This document shows, in pieces, positions 11,686-21,779 of a stretch of 64,000 bases of DNA. The translations under genes and the position numbers were made by a program. Each line of letters begins with the position of its first letter. The first letter of the stretch is position 1. The notes beneath the pieces were generated by a model. That model did no database searches and had not been told where the DNA came from. It saw nothing but the letters and a program-made list of their open reading frames with translations. Origin of the DNA: Raja brachyura (Eukaryota); contig OY740781.1 in assembly GCA_963514005.1 (NCBI GenBank), positions 99,386,001 through 99,450,000 of the forward strand, read 5' to 3'.

Positions 11686-12268
11686 TAATTTGGCCGTCAC
11701 TCCACATCAGTAATACAGGTCATCAGCTCACAACTGTTGGGGGAGCTGGTTGTTGGCAAAATGGATCCCAAAAGACCATACTTCAAAAGTACTTATTTAG
11801 CTACATAGCATATTAGATCATTTGAAAGGTATAAAATAAAGCAAGCTGTGCTTCTTATGCGGAGCAAATTCGTGATTTTCAGTCTTGATGGCTTCCTAAA
11901 CTACGGACTGTGACTACCAATATTTTAAATAATGAAGAACTCTCAGCAGGTTTGTTGCTACCAGCTACAACATTAAATAACCCTCTGTTCAAGAATAAAT
12001 TATTATCGGGATTTCAGCATTACTTCCCCGAGTTGTTACTTTGATCTGCAGCTGGTATTTATTAAATCGCGCAAAACAGAAGTTGGCCCATCAGGGTTCT
12101 GAGTTTTTTTTAATTTAAACAATTCAAGCACAGAAATGGCTCTTCAGTTAACTGAATTGTCTTTAATTAAGTTGTTCTCCAATTTGGGTTAGTGTCTTGG
12201 AAATTGTGGGAATATGATTGCAAGCTCCAAAATGCTTGAAGAGTGAATCTCACACAAATGTTAGGTCC

Positions 12269-12331
12269 TATTTCATTTCGGAGTCACGTGAGTGACTTCG
12301 TGAAGAACCCGCCAGCACGCATGCGCGACAT
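12269..12331 (+). repeat. DIRS left ITR
   Basis: 12297-12331 is the exact reverse complement of 17509-17543. 12269-12306 is complementary to the ICR at 17281-17318. Confidence 0.92.
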
Positions 12332-12473
12332 ATCGTCGCAACGCGTTGCTGCCGACGGCTGGCGGTGGGGTGCGCTCCCCGCCAGTCCTTCATAAGGGAC
12401 CGCTAAGGTAAGTTACACTAACCTTAAGTTGGTTGGTCCTTGCTGTGAGTACTTTTTGTCTTTCAGCAAGGGC

Positions 12474-14228
12474 ATGGAAGGGAGTTCCAGAGGCCGTAAG
12501 ACGTCCGTCCGGAGTCGCCGGCCACCTGTCCCGGAGCCCTCATCATCGGCTGCACCTGCGAGACAGGCCGGGAAGAAGGCGGGGAAACCGGGGAGCCCTG
12601 TTGCTGCAGGGCCCGACCCGCCGATACACCGCAGCTCCGGGGAGGAGTTCGAGGAGCAGGACTGCGGTGTGCCACCGGAGCAGGCAGACCCTGCCTCCGC
12701 ATTGAGGTCGCCAACGGGCCCGTTGGCAGACCTGGGCAAGGGCGCGCGTGCGGGTGCATGGCCCTTCTCCCTGAGCCCTCGGAGAAGAGGGAGGGATGGA
12801 GCCCGGAAGCCTAACCCTTTAGGGGCAAAGGCGTCACCTGCCGCTAAACAGCGGACTGGTGTAATGGTGGGACTCAAGTCCACTGCGAGGCCCAGTGTTG
12901 ACTCCCCAACCACCGAGGCCGGGATGGGTCACTTGGGAGGAGTCCCGCCACGGTCGCCGAGTCCCCCATGGATGGGAGGACGAGACCATGCGTCGGCAAG
13001 GTCCACGATGTGGGCAGCCGGCAAGCCCGCGCGGGCGTCGGGTCACCGTGCTGAGGCATTGGGTGCCGACTCTCCACCGCATTTGCCCTCCGTGGCAGCG
13101 GCATCAGGCTCCGCCAAAACAAGGCGTTTGAACACACCTCCCGCGCGGGAATCGCTCAGCTTTTCTGCGGCGGCTGGCAGCGACAACTTCCGGCACCGGG
13201 TTCACCTCGATGAGGTGCGGGCCAATGAAAGGAGCCTCAGCGGTATATCAGAGCATGAGGACTCCGACCGCCCGAGTGTTCAGGGCGAGGGGCGTATTGA
13301 CCGAATGGAGCGGATGTTGGAGCTCCTCTTGCAGAACCAACGGCAGGAGGCATCTAGCATCAAAGGGCACAGGGAGGTTTCACCAGTCTCAACAGCCAGC
13401 CTGAGGCAGCCAGAGGAGGAGGAATTTTCAGACCCTACACCGGTTCCATCCGAGGTGCCGCAGAAAGAACTCCTTGATGTGGCGGGGAAACTTGCTTCTC
13501 CGGAGACAGCGGGACTTCCCCTCAACCCCAAACTGGCTGCCACCGTGGACTTCCTCACTAACCACCAGCTCCAGGAGAAAGTTCTATCACAGGCCATCAA
13601 CAGGCATAAAGCCCCATCCAACTGTAACTCCCTCAACGTGCCCGTAGTCAATACGCCGATCTAGGGCAACATAGGCACAGCCATCAGGACTCAGGAGATA
13701 AAGCTCCAACGCATCCTGAGGCTGCTTACGGCTGGGATCACCGCATTCGCGCGGTCGGTGGATGGAGAGGACCTCAACCTAGAGCAGGAGGATGCTCTCG
13801 CGCTGCTATGTGCTACTCAGCACGAAATAAATGCCTTCAGAAAAAGCAGCATCCGCCCCACGCTCAACCCTAAATTTGCTGGGTTGTGCAAGGCGCCTCC
13901 TACCCCACCGCCCAGACAGCTGTTCGGGGAAGACCTCCCGAAGAGGGTTAAGGAGCTGGATGAACACGCCAAAACAGTGGGACTAATGCGGTCTCAGATC
14001 GCCCCCAGGTCGCCGGCTAAGAAAGCACCATTTATTAGGCCACGAGGCCCTGTCACCAGACCGACACAGACCTACGCTCCAGCTCCACCTCAATACCAGC
14101 AGCCCCAGCAGCCGCGGCCTTTTTTAGGGCAAGGCCCGCAACGGCCTCCGTGGAAGATGCGGACGCCGCAGCACCAGCCCAACCCAGCACCTCCACGACC
14201 CACCAAACATGTCAGGGACCACCGGTAA
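12474..14228 (+). pseudogene. gag: DIRS ORF1 (gag-like) with one in-frame TAG at 13662-13664
   Basis: ORFs 12429..13664 and 13758..14228 are in the same frame. The read-through VPVVNTPI*GNIGTAIRTQEIKLQ suggests TGG->TAG at a Trp commonly seen in DIRS gag. The first ATG is at 12474. Confidence 0.8.
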
Positions 14229-16159
14229 CCAGGGAGGTAAGGCGGTCTGGTTTTCATGCACCAGTGTGCTTAACTTCATGTGTTGGTGGGCGCCTTCGGT
14301 TCTTCACGGAGGCATGGGAAACTATCATTTCCAATAAATTTATTTTACAAAGTATTCAAGGCCATGAGATTGAATTTATTAATGGCAACATTCCTCCATC
14401 CCAGCATATGCCCAATCGGACATTTACGCTGTCTGCCGTTGAACAGGCAGCAGGCTATGCTGAGATCTTAAGGTTACAAGAAAAAGGCGTGATAGAAAAA
14501 ACTATACACGAACCAATTGAATTTGTATCAAACATATTTACCAGGCCCAAGAAGGATGGAGGATGTCGGGTTATTATTGATCTGACCCATTTGAATACCT
14601 TTGTAACATACACCCATTTCAAAATGGACACTTTCGAAACAGCCAAGTCATTGATTTCTCATGGCTGCTTTATGGCATGCATTGATTTAAAAGATGCATA
14701 CTATTCTGTATCCATTCGGAAACACCATAGGAAGTTCTTAAAATTTGTCTGGATGGATCAGCTCTGGCAATACAGGGCTTTGCCAAATGGGCTTACTACA
14801 GCCCCTAGATTGTTTACTAAATTACTCAAACCTATTATGGCCAGGCTACGGAAGCAACATCATATAGTGATGGCCTATTTGGATGATATTTTGATTGTTG
14901 GCAATACCCTGGAGTCGGCTGAACTGGCAGTTTCAGCCACTGTGGCACTTTTTCAGGAAATGGGGTTTATTGTCCATCCAGATAAGTCAAAGTTCTGCCC
15001 TTCACAGGTTATGGATTATCTGGGGTTCACCGTGGATTCCGATTGCATGAGGGCCACCATACCGGCTAACAAGGTTGGGGATGTCACCCAAGTATGTCAG
15101 GATTTAGCCTGCGCCAGTATACCATCAATTAGGCAAACTGCTAAGGTGATTGGCAAGATCGTAGCATTGTTTCCAGCAGCTCAATACGGGCCTTTGCATT
15201 ATCAAAATTTGCAAAGAGCCAAGATATCCGCGTTAAAACAGAACGCCGGTCATTTCGACAGATCAATGCAGCTGCCTCTTAAAGCTAAGATTGAGTTACA
15301 ATGGTGGGTGGACCATATTAGTGACTCATTTAAACCCATCATTGTGCCCAATCCGATGGTATACTTGCAAACCGATGCAAGCTCCCATGGCTGGGGAGCT
15401 ACGGACAACTACTCTAGTTGCGGGGGCAGATGGGACACCCTTGAATCTACTATGTTGTTGTCACAAGGGATAAACTATTTGGAGATGCTTGCAGCATTTC
15501 ACGGACTTCGAGCTTATTGTTCCAATCTTACTGACGCTCATGTCCGTATCCAAATAGACAATACCACTGCGGTGGCATATTTAAACCATATGGGCGGTAC
15601 CAGGTCAATTTCATGTGATGAATTGGCTAATACAATTTGGCTCTGGTGTATTCTACGGAATATTTGGATGTCAGCTACCTATTTACCAGGTGAGCTCAAT
15701 ACTGTGGCGGACACCAGGTCACGCAAGTTTAATGACAACATCGAGTGGATGTTGCATCCTCAAATCTGCACTAAAATTACAGCTAAATTTGGTAAGCCGG
15801 ATATCGACCTCTTTGCGTCACGGTTAAACCATCAGGTACCAACATACGTTTCATGGGAACCAGATCCTGCGGCAATGGCGATGGCTGCATTCTCGCTGGA
15901 CTGGGGGAAATGGTTTTTCTATGCATTCCCCCCATTTTGCCTCATCAGTCGGGTATTGCAGAAAATCCAGATGGATGCTGCTCAGGGCATTCTTATCATA
16001 CCCGACTGGCCTACGCAGCCATGGTATCCAGTGGTCTTTGACATGATCAGTCAACCTTGGGTCCTCTTAGAGGGTTGCCCACAATTGGTCACTAACCCTG
16101 TGTCAGGGGAACCACATCCCTGCCATAGCTATCTAAATTTGTTGGCTTGCAGATTCTAA
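14150..16159 (+). CDS. pol: DIRS ORF2: reverse transcriptase, RNase H and N6-adenine methyltransferase-like domain
   Basis: IDLKDAYY, LPNGL, YLDD (RT). TDAS..GWG, INYLE, DNTTAV, NTVAD (RNase H, DIRS type). DLFAS...YAFPPF (MT). Open for 669 codons, starting at GTG. Confidence 0.95.
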   Translation: MEDADAAAPAQPSTSTTHQTCQGPPVTREVRRSGFHAPVCLTSCVGGRLRFFTEAWETIISNKFILQSIQGHEIEFINGNIPPSQHMPNRTFTLSAVEQAAGYAEILRLQEKGVIEKTIHEPIEFVSNIFTRPKKDGGCRVIIDLTHLNTFVTYTHFKMDTFETAKSLISHGCFMACIDLKDAYYSVSIRKHHRKFLKFVWMDQLWQYRALPNGLTTAPRLFTKLLKPIMARLRKQHHIVMAYLDDILIVGNTLESAELAVSATVALFQEMGFIVHPDKSKFCPSQVMDYLGFTVDSDCMRATIPANKVGDVTQVCQDLACASIPSIRQTAKVIGKIVALFPAAQYGPLHYQNLQRAKISALKQNAGHFDRSMQLPLKAKIELQWWVDHISDSFKPIIVPNPMVYLQTDASSHGWGATDNYSSCGGRWDTLESTMLLSQGINYLEMLAAFHGLRAYCSNLTDAHVRIQIDNTTAVAYLNHMGGTRSISCDELANTIWLWCILRNIWMSATYLPGELNTVADTRSRKFNDNIEWMLHPQICTKITAKFGKPDIDLFASRLNHQVPTYVSWEPDPAAMAMAAFSLDWGKWFFYAFPPFCLISRVLQKIQMDAAQGILIIPDWPTQPWYPVVFDMISQPWVLLEGCPQLVTNPVSGEPHPCHSYLNLLACRF

Positions 16160-17136
16160 ACTGGCCATTACTGCAGTATGGCCTATCACCCAGAACTATG
16201 GATACCATTGGAGCGTCGTGCCGGGAGTCCACCAGGCGGCAATACCTCTCCCACATCCGAAAATGGGAAGCCTACTGCGGCCGCTCTCAAATCACATATG
16301 ACGCTGCATCCAGAGCCGACGTATTGGAATTCCTCGCGGGGTTGCACCATGATGAACACTTGAGCTACAGTGCCATCAACAGCGCCAGAAGCGCGCTGTC
16401 ATTCTACCTCAACATTGAGGTAGGATCCAACAGGCTGGTGTCCAGACTCATGCAGGGTATATTCAATTCGAATCCGCCCAGACCACGCTATAATATCACC
16501 TGGGATGTCAGGAAAGTACTAACCCTGCTCAGGACATGGTCGCCCATGGAGGGGCTAGAACTGGACAAACTCACCATGAAACTGGTGATGTTACTAGCAC
16601 TGACTTCAGCGCAGAGGGTACAGACACTGCATAAAATCCGGATCGACAGGATGATCTCTACCCCTGCAGAAGTAGTCTTCTTTATCGATGAGCTACTAAA
16701 GCAGCATAGACCTGGGTGCACAGGGCTGCAGCTGAAGTTCCCGGCATACCCCGCAGATGCAAGGCTATGTTTAGCCGCCCATATCCGTCACTATGTCAAA
16801 GTGACGAGAAACATAAGGGGAATGGAGAAATACCTGCTTGTCACTCACAAGAAACCTCACCATCGAGTGACAGTCCAGACGATATCCAGGTGGCTCAGGA
16901 TCATCTTGGGTAAGTCAGGTATCGACACTAATGTCTTCAAATCACATTCCACCAGGGCTGCATCAACGTTGGCGGCGAGGGTCATGGAGGTGCCCATGGA
17001 CCATATTCTCGCTACAGCAGGATGGGCGAATTAAGCTGTATTTCAGCGATTTTACAACAAGCCTGTTGCTGCTCCTCTACAGTTCGCGGAGGCCGTGCTG
17101 AATACAGGTCAAGAACGTGGAGATGTCCCCGAATGA
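16147..17136 (+). pseudogene. DIRS ORF3 tyrosine recombinase, premature TAA at 17032-17034
   Basis: SAQRVQTL (catalytic R), SHSTR (HxxR), GWAN*AVFQRFYNKP. The nucleophilic Tyr lies after the stop, and the frame continues to TGA at 17136. Confidence 0.9.
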
Positions 17137-17280
17137 GGGGTTTTTGCTTTGTTTATTAATAAATATTATTCTTGTTTTTCAGTAAAAGCAGTTTGGAAAA
17201 TTATTTACTCCCATCCATCCTTGCTAGTGGTGTGTTAGCATGGACGTGGTCCAGGGCGTGCAATCACAGAAGCTTTGAAG

Positions 17281-17394
17281 TCTTCACGAAGTCACTTACG
17301 TGACTCCGAAATGAAATAGTAAGATTAAACGAGAACTTACCAGTTCGAAGGTTGATCTTTATTTCATGAGGAGTTGCGATGAGGGATTTCGTGC
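17281..17394. repeat. DIRS internal complementary region (ICR)
   Basis: 17281-17318 is complementary to the element's left end and 17319-17394 to its right end (17538-17612). Confidence 0.92.
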
Positions 17395-17508
17395 CCTCCG
17401 CTCCCAACCCTCGATCATAATCAACTGGTAATTAGAGTTGAATTCAATCTTACTATGCCAAGTCATTTCTGTTCTTGTTTCTGTGATTCCACACCGCTAC
17501 TTTGAAGA

Positions 17509-17617
17509 ATGTCGCGCATGCGTGCTGGCGGGTTCTTCACGAAATCCCTCATCGCAACTCCTCTTGAAATAAAGATCAACCTTCGAACTGGTAAGTTCTC
17601 GTTTAATCTTACTATTT
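17509..17617 (-). repeat. DIRS right ITR plus 3' extension
   Basis: atgtcgcgcatgcgtgctggcgggttcttcacgaa...gtttaatcttactattt. Confidence 0.92.
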
Positions 17618-17929
17618 TAACTGATATTTTAGGCAGGGATACGAGACATCAATTTTTAACCGTATCAATACAAGAGTTAGCATTCCTTTGCATGACAGTG
17701 AGTGTGCACCTATCCTCCTTACTTGTGGTTTAACCACCTATTTAACAATGGAAAATGCTGCAGCACAGTTGCATTTTCAAGACCATGTCCTTGTGAATCT
17801 TCTGTGATACTCTTTGCAGCATTGATCATTGAGCATTGATCGCTTTTTTTTAAAGCATGGAAGTGCAATGTAAGAGAGGCTTCATTCCCAGGGAAGTAAA
17901 TATTTTCCAGTACAGGCATCCCAGTAGAT

Positions 17930-18325
17930 ACTGGATTCAGAATAACAAGATGCAGAATAAAACACAAAGTGCTGGAGGAACTTGGCAGAACCAGTAGATT
18001 TTATGGAGCAAATGGACAGATTACATTTTGGGTCAGGACCCTTCTTCAGACTCCCAGCCCATAACATCATCTGTCAAATTCCCTGCACGGATGCGGCCTA
18101 ACCTGTTGAGCTACATAGAACAAAGAAAAGTACAGTGCAGCAACAGGCCCTTTGGTCCACAATGACTGTGCCGAACATGAGGTCAAGTTCAACTAATCTT
18201 ACGTATTTGCTCGTGATCGTGTCCCACCATTCCCTGCATATCCACGTGTTTATCTAAAAGCCTCTTAAATGGCTGCATTTCATTTTTGCTTCTCAAAATT
18301 CCAGCATCTACAGTCTCTTGTGTCA
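17930..18325. mobile_element. Inverted pair of PLE-derived repeats, with a CR1 3' end (about 18113-18272, -) inserted
   Basis: A minus copy ending cccttcttcagact is followed by a plus copy ...gatgcggcctaacctgttgag / ccagcatctacagtctcttgtgtc. Confidence 0.55.
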
Positions 18326-18710
18326 CAGGATTTACTTCAGAAACTATCACACAGAGGGCATAGTTTAATATTTCTATCTGCCTCACACTGCATGAGCAAT
18401 GTAGCAGTTTCATATTTTCAAACATTGCATTCTGAACCCTTAACTTCTGTCCGTTAACATTAATAGACTAAATATTGTGGGCTGGAATGCAGGCTAACTT
18501 CACAACGTATATAAGCACCATCCATAGGAAAACATAAAAGATCCTTTACCCACATACTGGAATTGACAAAACCCATTTATTTATGTGAGACCTTTCCATC
18601 CAAAGAAAACTTGCATCGCCGGCATGCTGCACTCAATTTGAAGAGAGACCCCAGAGGGATAAATTTAATAGCTAAACTGTAACCCCACCCATCTTCCCAA
18701 TCTACATCTA

Positions 18711-18830
18711 AGATTCAGATTCAAACTCTATTGTCATTGTGCAGTGTACAAGTACAGAGACAACAAAATGCAGTTAGCATCTCACCCAGAAGCGCGAAAA
18801 CAGAATAATGGAACAGTTAAATATATGTAA
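18711..18830 (-). mobile_element. Rex1/Babar LINE 3' end
   Basis: Reverse complement of the 3' end at about 45500-45615, with a (tctgaa)n tail. Confidence 0.8.
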
Positions 18831-18837
18831 ATATAAA

Positions 18838-20482
18838 ACTATGAGATTCAAAGAGGAGGAAGTACTGATTCTTTTGAAAAATATAAAAGTGGATAAGTCT
18901 CCAGGTCCTGACAGGATATTCCCTAGGACATTGAGGGAAGTTAGTGTAGAAATAGCAGGGGCTATGACAGAAATATTTCAAATGTCATTAGAAACGGGAA
19001 TAGTGCTGGAGGATTGGCGTACTGCGCATATTGTTCCATTGTTTTAAAAGGGTTTAAAGAATAAACCTAGCAATTATAGACCTGTTATTTTGATGTCAAT
19101 GGTGGGCAAATTAATGGAAAGGATACTTAGAGATAATATATATAAGCAACTGGATAAACAGGGTCTGATCAAAAACAGTCACCATGGATTTGTGCCTGGA
19201 AGTTCATGTTTGACAAACCTTCTTGAATTTTTTGAAGAGGTTACTAGGGAAATTGATGAGGGTAAAGCAGTGGATGCTGTCTATATGGATTTCAGTAAGG
19301 CTTTTGACAAGGTTCCCCATGGAAGGTTGATTAAGAAGGTTCAATCTTTGGGTGTTAATGGCGGAGTAGCAAGATGGATTCAACAGAGGCTGAATGGGAG
19401 ATGCCAGAGAGTAATGGTGGATGGCTGTTTGTCAGGTTGGAAGCTGGTGACCAGTGGGGTGCCTCAGGGATCTGTGTTGGGTCCACTGTTGTTTGTCATG
19501 TCAACATGGCATCATCAATGATCTGGATGATGGGGTGGAAAATTGGATAAGTAAGTATGCAGATGATATTAAGATAGGTGGTGTTGTGGATAATGAAGTA
19601 AATTGTCAAAGTCTACAGAGAGATTTGGGCCATTTGGAAGAGTGGGCTGAAAGATGGCAGATGGAGTTTATTGCTGATAAGTGTAAGGTGCTACATCTTG
19701 GCAGGACAAATCAAAATAGGATGTACATGGTAAATGGTAGGGAATTGAGGAATGCTGTGGAACAGAGGGATCTAGGAATAACTGTGTATAGTTCCCTGAA
19801 GGTGGAATCGCATGTAGATGGGTGGTAAAGAAAGCTTTTGGTGTGCTGGCCTGTATAAATCAGAGCATTGAATATAGGAGTAGGGAAGTAATGTTAAAAT
19901 TATACAAGGCATTGGTGAGACCAATTCTGGAGTATGGTGTACAATTTTGGTCGCCTAATTGTAGGAAGGATGTCAACAAAATAGAGAGAGTACAGAGGAG
20001 ATTTACTAGAATGTTGCCTGGGTTCCAGCAACTAAGTTACAGTGAAAGGTTGAACAAGTTAGGTCTATAAATCTTTGGAGCGCAGAAGGTTAAGGGGGAA
20101 CTTGATAGAGGTCTTTAAAATGATGAAAGGGATAGACAGAGTTGACGTGGATAAGCTTTTCCCATTGAGGGTAGGGAAGATTCAAACAAGAGGGCATGAC
20201 GTGAGAATTAAGGGACAGAAGTTTAGGGGTAACATGAGGGGGAACTTCTTTACTCAGAGAGTGGTGGCTGTGTGGAATGATCTTCCAGCAGAAGTGGTGG
20301 AGGCAGGATCGATTTTAACATTTAAAAGTAAAGTGGAAAGGTATATGGACGGGAAGGGAATGGAGGGGTATGGTCTGAGTGCAGGTAGATGGGACTAGGG
20401 GAAAATAAATGGTCGGCACGGACTGGAAGGGCCGAGAAGGCCTGTTTCCGTGCTGTAATTTTTATATGGTTATATGGTTATA
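18838..20482 (+). mobile_element. 5'-truncated CR1 LINE (RT pseudogene with stops and frameshifts), (tatatggt)n tail
   Basis: KSPGPD, DFSKAFDKVPH, GVPQGSVLGP, YADD, RPILEYGVQFWSP and FFTQRVV motifs in ORFs from 18808 to 20398. Confidence 0.95.
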
Positions 20483-20639
20483 TGTATGTACATACAGTAG
20501 CAGTAGTGCAATTTCAGGGGGGGAGATCAGTCACTGGGGGAAGTGTCTGCGGGGGGGATGACTGGCAATGCAGAGTTAAGTAGAGTAACAACCTGGAAGG
20601 TAGAAGATCATTTGAATGTAGGTTTCAAGTTCAAAAGTT

Positions 20640-20772
20640 CACGTTAAAGGAGTAGAATGAGGCCATTTGGCCCATTGAGTCCACTCCGCCATTCAATCGT
20701 GGCTGATCTCCGCCTTCTAATCACATTTTCCTGCCTTCTGCCCATAACCCCTGACACTCGTTCTAATCAAGA
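20640..20772 (-). mobile_element. CR1 3' end
   Basis: ggagtagaatgaggccatttggccc...ccattcaatcgtggctgatc. Confidence 0.7.
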
Positions 20773-20863
20773 GGTCAGAACCAGTCTCTATTCTTATTAT
20801 GAAATGCTTATTTTGTGACTGTTCAATCTATTGCTTAGAGGAAGTGATTATATTACAGAAACA

Positions 20864-21726
20864 AGTGGGCGGGCGCGACTCACGTTGCAGCGGCCCCTAC
20901 AGCCTGTCTGTCTTTTTTTTATTTTTTGTCTAGTTAAATGTAGTTGTTCGTGTTTTTTTTTGTATTGTTTGTAACTGTGTATATGTGGGGGGTGGGGGGG
21001 GGGAAGAGGGGGAAACTTTTAAATCTCTTCCCTGCACGGGAGACCCGACTTTTTCCCTGTCGGGTCTCCGTTGTTGTTGGGGCCTAGCACCGTGGAGCGG
21101 CCTCCGACCGAGACGACCTGGGTGCTCCATTCACGGAGCTGCGGACTCACCGTCATGGGGCTGGCTGGCCTCGGAGCGTGGGGAGCGGTGGTGGCTCGCC
21201 GCTGCGGCCCGACTCTGGAGCTTCAGCTCCAGCTGCAGACCGGTGGACTATCGGGAGCTCGCGGGTCCGGGTGGGAGACCGCTCTCCGGAGCTCCCGCAA
21301 CACAACATCTCCAGCTCGTGTCGCGGGGTTGGAGCGACCTGGAGCGGGGCCGTACATCGCCCGGCGCGGCTTTCATGGCCGCGGGACATTCCAGCGCCCG
21401 CCGGGGGCTCCAACTGTGACCTTTGGGCCTAGAGCGGGGCCGTACATCGCCCGGCGCTACCTCAAAGGCCGTGGAACTTAACACCGCCCGCCTGCAGCTT
21501 CGACCTCGGGAGTGAGATGGTGCGGGGGAGAGAGAAGACTTTGCCTTCCATCACAGTGAGGATGAGATTCACTGTGATGGATGTTTGTGTGAATTGAATT
21601 GTCTGTGTATTTTTTTTTTTTTTTTTTTATGATTTATGTATGGCATGTAGAAACGGAGTTTCGTTCTAGCCTCTCTGAGGGTCGAATGACAAATAATAAA
21701 ATCAAATCAAATCAAATCAAATCAAA
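20864..21726 (+). mobile_element. GC/CpG-rich non-coding retroposon with a 3' stem-loop and (aatca)n tail
   Basis: Hairpin ggagacccgac/gtcgggtctcc at about 21039-21069 and hairpin tccatcacagtga/tcactgtgatgga at about 21547-21581. AATAAA plus microsatellite tail. Homologous to 60560-61235. Confidence 0.7.
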
Positions 21727-21779
21727 TATTTAAAAAAAATGTCTTATTCACAAAAAGCTGAACTAAACCAGCCCAGCCA

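Larger units (their letters stand above)
12268..17617 (+). mobile_element. Full-length DIRS1-like tyrosine-recombinase retrotransposon (about 5.35 kb)
   Basis: gag, RT-RNaseH-MT and YR ORFs, non-identical inverted terminal repeats, an internal complementary region, and ctattt at both ends. Confidence 0.97.

Noticed and set aside
13662-13664. Programmed stop read-through in gag
   Set aside because: The position fits a Trp codon (TGG->TAG) in mid-domain, so a simple nonsense mutation is more parsimonious.
14150-17034. RT + adenine methylase + phage-type integrase read as a prokaryotic retron, prophage or defence locus
   Set aside because: The ITR/ICR architecture, gag ORF and vertebrate repeat context identify a DIRS retrotransposon.
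20985-21484. ORFs of 78-144 aa in CpG-rich DNA as a gene or promoter island
   Set aside because: They lie inside a multi-copy retroposon, with multi-frame openness and no protein motifs.
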